A stretch of DNA of 32,000 bases, from positions 5,400,001 to 5,432,000 of the forward strand of contig NZ_CP074694.1 of the NCBI RefSeq assembly GCF_018398935.1, given 5' to 3'. The notes beneath the pieces were generated by a model. It had not been told where the DNA came from, did no database searches, and saw nothing but the letters and a program-made list of their open reading frames with translations. The stretch is from Telmatocola sphagniphila (GTDB lineage: Bacteria; Planctomycetota; Planctomycetia; Gemmatales; Gemmataceae). Shown piece after piece: positions 26,404 to 32,000 of this stretch; the stretch's first letter is position 1, and every line of letters begins with the position of its first letter. The position numbers and the translations under genes are program-made.

Positions 26404-26682
26404 ATGAAGAAGAAAAAGTTTAGATTGTTGAGCACTCTAACGCTCGGTACTCTGTGCCTATTCACGGCAATATCGGCTGCTCAAGAACTTTCACAAATGC
26501 TACCACCTCCCATTCCAATCCCAGCGCTCTTATGCTACCGGGCTTCAAGCCCTACCGAATGGGCGTGTGATGGGTTATGTACTGTAGAAGGTGAATCTTG
26601 CGGGCGACTCACCGGTGTCGGATTCATGGAGATTGATGGCCAGAGAGTAAGCTACACTGCATATAGCTGCGCTTGCGGTTAA
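26404..26682 (+). CDS. Small secreted Cys-rich protein (92-aa precursor, ~64-aa mature, 6 Cys)
   Basis: The ATG at 26404 gives MKKKKFRLLSTLTLGTLCLFTAISAAQE (signal peptide). The mature part is PPPIPIP...CYRASSPTEWACDGLCTVEGESCGRLTG...YSCACG. No family recognised. Confidence 0.5.
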   Translation: MKKKKFRLLSTLTLGTLCLFTAISAAQELSQMLPPPIPIPALLCYRASSPTEWACDGLCTVEGESCGRLTGVGFMEIDGQRVSYTAYSCACG

Positions 26683-26775
26683 TTCTGAACAGTCATATTT
26701 AAAAAAATAATAGCCTTCAGCGATATTAATAGCTGGAGGGGATACATTAAAATCATAAAATGAAAGATCTTGGTT

Positions 26776-27813
26776 ATGCGAAGATCAATGCAAAGGTTTT
26801 TGCACAGCATTGTTAAAACGGCATGCGTTACCTTTATATTTGTTCTCGTAACAGTTAATTGTGCTGCAGCCCAATACCAATCGACAACGTCTGAGGAACT
26901 GGCATCAAAGGGCATCACTTTCGATAAAGAGGCCGCTGCGAATTTTAAAATAACGCTTAAAAAACAAGCGTATCTTACAGACACGGCGACTAGACGGCTA
27001 GACGAACTCAATGCTCTTTATCTCACCTATAAAGTTGAAGGTGATAAAAATACATACACGGTCTATCGATCTCCCGACTATATCCTTGCACTAAATGACA
27101 AGTCGGTTATAGCGATGTCAAAACGAGGAGCATTCCGATTATCCCGCCCAGCTATTGATAAGCCTTATCGCTTGGAAATAGCTATAACTGTCAGCGAATT
27201 GGCTGCGAACCCCGGCGTGTGGCAGGAATTTATTAGAAGCTCAGGATTACGAGCAAAAGGAATTTTTCCACATGGGGATTCGGATTCCCCTTTTCTTCAG
27301 ATCGATTCAATCTTAGGTCGTGCCGTTTCAACGATTCAAAAAATCGAGCCTGATACCAATGGACGGCTCTGGCTCGATTATATTTACACTCCCGTGTTAA
27401 AGGGCAAAGGCATTCTGTCGGAAACGGGACGGCTTCTTATCGATCCGAAAAATTACAATGTAGTCCTTGAGAACTTGCGAACCCTCTCCGAAAAAGATCT
27501 GCCAAAAGCCGTAACCACGATTCACGAGAAGCTTTCGTATCAAGCGCCCTCGTCTGAAATCCCTTTTGCACTCGTCAATGAATGGAATTTTACCGAAACA
27601 GCCGATGGTAATAAACCCATTCTTCATCACCTGAAATTCACCGATTACAAGATCGAAAAACTAGACCGCGAGCGATTGCGGTTATCCTTTTATAATTTGC
27701 CAAACGAACTCGTAGAGGATGCGACAAGTTATCAGTTTATCTGGCTGATCGCTTTGGTACTTGCACTGATAAGTTCGGCTGTTTTTCTAATTCTATTCTT
27801 TCGGAAGGCTTAG
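26776..27813 (+). CDS. Hypothetical bitopic envelope protein (N-terminal signal peptide, C-terminal TM anchor)
   Basis: ATG at 26776 (26788 is also possible). Signal region is TACVTFIFVLVTVNCAAAQY. About 290 aa are soluble with no recognised motif. C-terminal helix is FIWLIALVLALISSAVFLILFF. The stop is 2 nt before the next ATG. Confidence 0.55.
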   Translation: MRRSMQRFLHSIVKTACVTFIFVLVTVNCAAAQYQSTTSEELASKGITFDKEAAANFKITLKKQAYLTDTATRRLDELNALYLTYKVEGDKNTYTVYRSPDYILALNDKSVIAMSKRGAFRLSRPAIDKPYRLEIAITVSELAANPGVWQEFIRSSGLRAKGIFPHGDSDSPFLQIDSILGRAVSTIQKIEPDTNGRLWLDYIYTPVLKGKGILSETGRLLIDPKNYNVVLENLRTLSEKDLPKAVTTIHEKLSYQAPSSEIPFALVNEWNFTETADGNKPILHHLKFTDYKIEKLDRERLRLSFYNLPNELVEDATSYQFIWLIALVLALISSAVFLILFFRKA

Positions 27814-27815
27814 CC

Positions 27816-28715
27816 ATGAAGCGATACAGGAAGAATTGCTCAGGTTTTACGCTTGTCGAAGTGCTCGTTGCGATCGCCGTTATTGCAGTTTTAATGGGCC
27901 TTCTACTATCCGCCGTGCAGAAAGTTCGTGAGGCAGCGACCCGTCTTCAGTGTCAAAATAATCTTAAACAACTGGGACTGGCCTCTCAAAATTATCACTC
28001 ATCTCACGGTGTTCTGCCGATGGGAATAACACCAATTATCGCGAGAGATTCGTTTAGATATTCAACTTGGCTCACGCATCTGCTGCCTTTTATCGAGCAA
28101 GATCCGCTGTGGAATGAAACAATCCATGCTTATGGAGTCCAACCAAGAAATCCTTTTAGCGATGCACATGTTGGGATGCGAACAGTAGTTAAATTATTTA
28201 CCTGCCCCAGCGATAGCCGATTAGTTCGGCCTCATGCTACGCATGGTCAGGTCTACGCCGCACTGACAAGCTATCAAGGGGTAAGCGGGACAGCTTATCT
28301 CCATGCTGATGGCGTCTATTATAATGATTCCTTAACCAAGCTTACGGACATCACAGACGGCACTTCCAACACGTTAGCCTTCGGCGAACGACCACCGAGT
28401 GCCGATTTTTATTATGGATGGTGGTATGCCTCCGGACTGTACGGGAAACAGGGTGGCACGGCTGTTCTAGGCGTGAGGGAGTTACGAGCGCCGAACTATC
28501 TGTTTACACCTGGCTGTCAAGAAGGTCCTTATTCATTTAGCCCGGGTAACATTTCCAATCAGTGTGATCTGTTTCATTTTTGGAGTTTGCACGATGGCGG
28601 AGCAAATTTCGCTTTTTCCGACGGGGCCGTCCGGTTCATGCGTTATGCCGCTGATTCCGTGATGCCAGCACTTGCTACACGTGCCGGTGGAGATGTTGTT
28701 GCCTCACTAAATTAA
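27816..28715 (+). CDS. DUF1559 / H-X9-DG protein with a prepilin-type N-terminal cleavage/methylation domain (type II pseudopilin-like)
   Basis: GFTLVEVLVAIAVIAVLMGLLLSAVQKVREAA is a prepilin-type leader plus hydrophobic helix. CQNNLKQLGLASQNYHS is present. The C-terminal HDGGANFAFSDG fits His-X9-Asp-Gly exactly. Confidence 0.9.
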   Translation: MKRYRKNCSGFTLVEVLVAIAVIAVLMGLLLSAVQKVREAATRLQCQNNLKQLGLASQNYHSSHGVLPMGITPIIARDSFRYSTWLTHLLPFIEQDPLWNETIHAYGVQPRNPFSDAHVGMRTVVKLFTCPSDSRLVRPHATHGQVYAALTSYQGVSGTAYLHADGVYYNDSLTKLTDITDGTSNTLAFGERPPSADFYYGWWYASGLYGKQGGTAVLGVRELRAPNYLFTPGCQEGPYSFSPGNISNQCDLFHFWSLHDGGANFAFSDGAVRFMRYAADSVMPALATRAGGDVVASLN

Positions 28716-29705
28716 GGCTCGATGTCATTACGTCCAAGACCATCCATGTGCATGACACAGGCTTATTTGCCCGTGCAAGAAAAAGCTTGCGGCGGGGTGG
28801 CACTGGTAACCCTAACCTGTAAACGCAAGTCATTATACAGTAATAGTTTGGGTGGCACTGGCTATTTGCTGATGCCAGAGAGAGTGAAGAGATCAAAACC
28901 TTATCCCACTCATCCCGAATTCTAGCCATCTTCCTGGAAGATACGCTAGCTGCATGGGCAAATCCAGCCCTCGAAATTACGGACTTCTTCCCTCCTGACC
29001 AAGGGTTGAAGGGATATCTCCATTCGAGCGAGCCATGGACTTTAAGTGGTCCTCGGCCAAATTTTACTCCCAGAAGACTCTGGAAGTGCGAGATCGAGAT
29101 TTGCCAATTATTCATGGTCTTCCTGGTGATTGGGGAGGATATGAGCTACCAGGGCATGAATTCTTTCTGGGTTAAAATAGGGTGATTTGTGATTGAAAAT
29201 GGGTGATTTCGCAATGGCACTGGCAATAGCCAGTGCCACGTGCGCCCGTGACTATTCGATACTAGCAGGGTGAGATTCCCTGTCGAAAGGAGGCTTGGCC
29301 TTTTGTACCCGAAGGTAACTGCGTCGCTGCGAGGCGGGGTGGAGAGCAACCGGAGGGGAGCATTTCGTCCGCAATAAAGTGAACTCATTTCGGCAGCGGA
29401 TACCGGCGAGCCTGCGTGGCTAAGGCGAAGCTAGCAAAGCCGGATTGACCGAGAGGTCCGCCAGTGGTTTGGAGAACTAATGGCGACGGCATCATCCCGA
29501 GATAAAGCCCCAAGCGAGTCGAGGGAGGTATCCGATGTGGTTGGAGGCGGAAGGAAAGCGAAGGTATCGAATGTAAGCGGGGATATCCGAGGCGCCGGGG
29601 AAGGCAAATGCCTTGTGCGTCGGAAGTCAGAGCGTTCATAGTAGCGTAGAAATCGGGTAATACCGAGGGAGCGAAGGGACGTAGGAAGGTGGATTTCGAG
29701 GTTAC

Positions 29706-31073
29706 ATGAGCAGGAAAGAGAAACCGTCGTCAGTGCCAGTGGCTAAGCAAGGCGGAGAAGCCGGCGACCGAACTCCGGGAACCGTTAGTAGGGTCCGAGA
29801 GCAATGGTCGTGGGCGGAACCTGCGGTGTGGACTGATCGGATGTTGAGTGCGCTCGAAGCGGGCGTTAAAGGAGGCGTCTGGTTTAGCTTGATGGACAAG
29901 GTGTGCAAGAAGAGGAACCTGAAGTCGTCGGCGACGAAAGTCATAGCGAATGCGGGTTCGGCAGGCGTGGATCATGTAAGTGTCGAGGCGTTTGCAAATC
30001 ATTTGGACGAGAACCTGGAAGCTTTGGAGCGGACTTTACGGGACGGAACCTACCGTCCTTCGGCGATCCGGCGAGCGGTAATTCCGAAGCCGGGGAGTGA
30101 AGAAGGCCGTCCTCTAGGAATTCCGACGGTTCGAGACCGGGTGGTTCAAGGCGCGATTCGTCAGGTGCTGGAACCGATTTTCGAGAAGGATTTCGCCTCG
30201 AATAGTTACGGCTTTCGTCCGGGCCGGGGCTGCAAAAATGCCTTGCGAGAGGTGGACAGACTTCTGAAAGAAGGAGGCACGCATCTGGTGGATGTCGACA
30301 TCAAGGGCTACTTCGACGCGATCAATCACGATCAATTAATGGATTTATTGAAGCGAAAGGTCGCGGACGGAACGCTACTAGGTCTGGTGGAACAATTTCT
30401 GAAAGCCGAGATATTCTCGTCGATGGGGAGTTGGGAACCGGAATCGGGAGCCCCGCAAGGGGCAGTTTTGAGTCCGTTGTTGAGTAACGCCTATCTGGAT
30501 CCTTTGGACCATTTGATGGAATCCCTAGGTTTTCGGATGGTGCGATACGCGGATGACATGGTGATCGTCTGCCGCAGTCGAGCGGAAGCGGAAGAAGCCC
30601 TGGCGACGTTGAGCCGCTGGTGCGAATCGGCCAAGCTACAACTGCATCCGGAAAAGACGAGAGTGGTGGACACGCAGATCGAGAGTTTCGAATTTCTAGG
30701 CTATTGCTTTGGAGTTTATAAAGGACAACGTCTGATATATCCTCGGAAGCGAAGTCTGGAGAAACTTCGGGATGCGATTCGCGCGAAAACGAAGCGGAAA
30801 AGAGGCGATAGCCTATCGCAGATCGTCCGAGACGTGAGCGTAACGCTACGAGGCTGGTACGGATACTTCAAGCACAGCAAAAAGGGGATCTTTCGGGACG
30901 TGGATAAATGGACTCGAATGCGGCTGCGGTGCATACTGCGTCGTCGTCTGGGTCACGATTGCAGAAGCCGAAAGAGAGATAACTTCAAGTGGCCCAAAGC
31001 TTACTTTGCCGAGGCGGGACTGTTCTCCCTGGAACAGGCACATCGTCTGGAATCTCAATCCCTCAAGGGGTAA
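29706..31073 (+). CDS. Group II intron reverse transcriptase/maturase
   Basis: 455 aa. RT blocks are RPLGIPTVRDRVVQ, SYGFRPGRGCKNA, VDVDIKGYFD, GAPQGAVLSPLLSN and VRYADDMVIV (YADD codons 30546-30557). Maturase/X region is LRGWYGYFKHS. There is no HNH/En extension. Confidence 0.92.
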   Translation: MSRKEKPSSVPVAKQGGEAGDRTPGTVSRVREQWSWAEPAVWTDRMLSALEAGVKGGVWFSLMDKVCKKRNLKSSATKVIANAGSAGVDHVSVEAFANHLDENLEALERTLRDGTYRPSAIRRAVIPKPGSEEGRPLGIPTVRDRVVQGAIRQVLEPIFEKDFASNSYGFRPGRGCKNALREVDRLLKEGGTHLVDVDIKGYFDAINHDQLMDLLKRKVADGTLLGLVEQFLKAEIFSSMGSWEPESGAPQGAVLSPLLSNAYLDPLDHLMESLGFRMVRYADDMVIVCRSRAEAEEALATLSRWCESAKLQLHPEKTRVVDTQIESFEFLGYCFGVYKGQRLIYPRKRSLEKLRDAIRAKTKRKRGDSLSQIVRDVSVTLRGWYGYFKHSKKGIFRDVDKWTRMRLRCILRRRLGHDCRSRKRDNFKWPKAYFAEAGLFSLEQAHRLESQSLKG

Positions 31074-31088
31074 GACTACTGACCGGAA

Positions 31089-31158
31089 AGCCGGATGCGG
31101 GAGATCCGCCCGTCCGGTTTGGAGGGAAGGGGGAGCCCTATACTCCTCCTAGCCCTAT
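31089..31158 (+). ncRNA. Group II intron domains V and VI
   Basis: DV reads AGCCGGAUGCGG-GAGAU-CCGC(CC)GUCCGGUU. Its pairs are A89-U19, G90-U18, C91-G17, C92-G16, G93-C15, G94-C14, A95-U13, U96-G12, then G97-C09, C98-G08, G99-C07 and G00-C06 (last two digits of coordinates). DV is followed by a GGGGAG/CUCCUC helix and a terminal AU. Confidence 0.7.
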
Positions 31159-31272
31159 CCAAGATGAATCAGAGTAAAGAGTTAGGATCAAACGGTTAAT
31201 CTGACCAGTGCCACCCGGCCGCAAAATGTTCTGCAGAAATGGGAATGAGGGCGATTTTGGATCTTAAACCAC

Positions 31273-32000
31273 CTACCAACCCTTGGTCTTCGTCTTCACT
31301 CGGACCAGGTTGTCATTGGCCGTGATATACAGGGTGCTGCCGTCGTCGCCCCAGTTGCAATTCGCGGTCGGAACGCCCGTCGCCAAAGTTCCTAGATGCT
31401 CGCCCTTCGAATTAAACACCCACAGGCCGCCGGGGCCGGTCGCCCAGAGATTGCCCGATTTGTCGATCTTCATGCCATCGGGTAAGCCGGGGTTGCTATT
31501 CTTGACCCATTTTGTGGAATCGAAAAAGACTTTTCCTTTGCCCAGCGTTCCGTCTTCTTTCACCGGGAACGCCATCCAAACGGCGACTTCCGGATCGGAG
31601 TTCGCCACATAAAGAGTCTTTTCATCCGGGGAAAGGCAAATGCCGTTGGGGCGGGTCAATTCCTTGGTCAAAAGAGTTAGCTCTCCCTTGGCCGACAGAC
31701 GGTAGACGCCCTGGAAATCGAGTTCCTTGGCCGGATCGTCCATACCCTTGGGAAGACCATAGGGCGGATCGGTGAAGTAAATGTCGCCGTTGGACATAAT
31801 GGTCAGGTCGTTCGGGCTGTTGAAGCGTTTGCCCATGTATTTATCGACCAGGTTTTCGACTTTTTTGCCGTCGTACGTCGCAAGCCGTCGTTCGCCATGC
31901 TGGCACATAATCAGCTTGCCCTTGGCATCGATGGCGAGGCCGTTCGAACCCGGTTCTTTGCCGGTAAAAGGGGCTGAGCCGGTGTAACCGGAGTTTTCGA
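31273..32000 (-). CDS. SMP-30/gluconolactonase/LRE-family beta-propeller protein (partial; N-terminus beyond the window)
   Basis: FNSPNDLTIMSNGDIYFTDPPYG, RPNGICLSPDEKTLYVA, PDGMKIDKSGNLWAT and GVPTANCNWGDDGSTLYITA are present. The frame stays open upstream of the track Met through position 32000 (ENSGYTGSAPFTGKEPGSNGLAIDAKGKLI...). Confidence 0.85.
   Translation of the reverse strand, partial: ENSGYTGSAPFTGKEPGSNGLAIDAKGKLIMCQHGERRLATYDGKKVENLVDKYMGKRFNSPNDLTIMSNGDIYFTDPPYGLPKGMDDPAKELDFQGVYRLSAKGELTLLTKELTRPNGICLSPDEKTLYVANSDPEVAVWMAFPVKEDGTLGKGKVFFDSTKWVKNSNPGLPDGMKIDKSGNLWATGPGGLWVFNSKGEHLGTLATGVPTANCNWGDDGSTLYITANDNLVRVKTKTKGW

Larger units (their letters stand above)
29240..31158 (+). 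mobile_element. Complete group II intron (ribozyme plus intron-encoded RT/maturase, no endonuclease domain)
   Basis: The 5' end is GTGCGCCCG at 29240. The RT ORF sits in the domain IV position. Domain V lies at 31089-31119 (AGC triad, 2-nt bulge on the 3' strand). Domain VI has a bulged-A candidate at 31151, seven nt from the 3' end ...CCCTAT at 31158. The flanks CAGTGCCAC | CCAAG reconstitute the uninterrupted sequence seen at 25242-25255. Confidence 0.85.
28790..31221 (+). mobile_element. MITE-like element, copy 2, interrupted by a group II intron
   Basis: 28794-28861 differs from the copy 1 left unit at only 2 of 68 positions. The interior 28862-29239 aligns with 24875-25250 at roughly four-fifths identity by eye. 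After the intron, 31159-31221 supplies CCAAG...CCAGTGCCACCCGGCCG, the right terminal unit (ends conserved, spacer diverged). Confidence 0.55.

Noticed and set aside
28675-29639. Minus-strand ORFs 28675..29115 (146 aa), 29146..29388 (80 aa) and 29385..29639 (84 aa).
   Set aside because: They run antisense through the repeat element and the structured 5' part of the group II intron RNA. They have no motifs and no equivalents conserved in frame in copy 1.
29706-31073. Reverse transcriptase as a stand-alone defence RT (retron, DRT or Abi-type).
   Set aside because: It is embedded in a complete group II ribozyme (GUGCG 5' end, domain V with AGC triad, domain VI with bulged A, AU 3' end) and has a maturase X motif. 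The simplest reading is an ordinary mobile intron.

Overview
About 32 kb of a moderately high-GC bacterial chromosome. It looks planctomycetal, based on an H-X9-DG/DUF1559 pseudopilin-like protein, a DUF1573 protein and a giant repeat protein with an LEDR-type N-terminus and FG-GAP repeats. That assignment comes from gene content only.

Positions ~860-18650 are ordinary core genes:
- a tartrate/isopropylmalate-dehydrogenase-family enzyme
- a lipoprotein
- purH
- a fused polytopic-membrane/spermidine-synthase-like protein
- a 2,205-aa surface repeat protein followed by a small secreted protein
- argA
- a secreted alpha/beta-hydrolase
- an AT-rich orphan membrane gene
- a YaeR-type VOC protein

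Positions ~18650-31270 are a mosaic accessory region between the VOC gene and a partial SMP-30/gluconolactonase gene. In order it contains:
- ~0.9 kb of AT-rich non-coding DNA with a 9-mer site cluster
- an ISAs1-family transposase
- a translationally coupled AAA+ ATPase plus cytoplasmic S8 subtilase pair (IetA/IetS-like conflict module)
- a ~510-bp MITE-like element with ~68-bp terminal inverted repeats
- a 3.4-kb AT-richer five-gene cassette (MauE/DoxX-like, DUF1573, Cys-rich secreted mini-protein, unknown bitopic protein, H-X9-DG pseudopilin-like)
- a second direct copy of the MITE-like element, itself interrupted by a complete group II intron. Its boundaries can be set to the nucleotide (29240-31158) by comparison with the empty site in copy 1.

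No rRNA, tRNA or CRISPR array was seen. Function calls rest on motif recognition by eye. No database search was possible.
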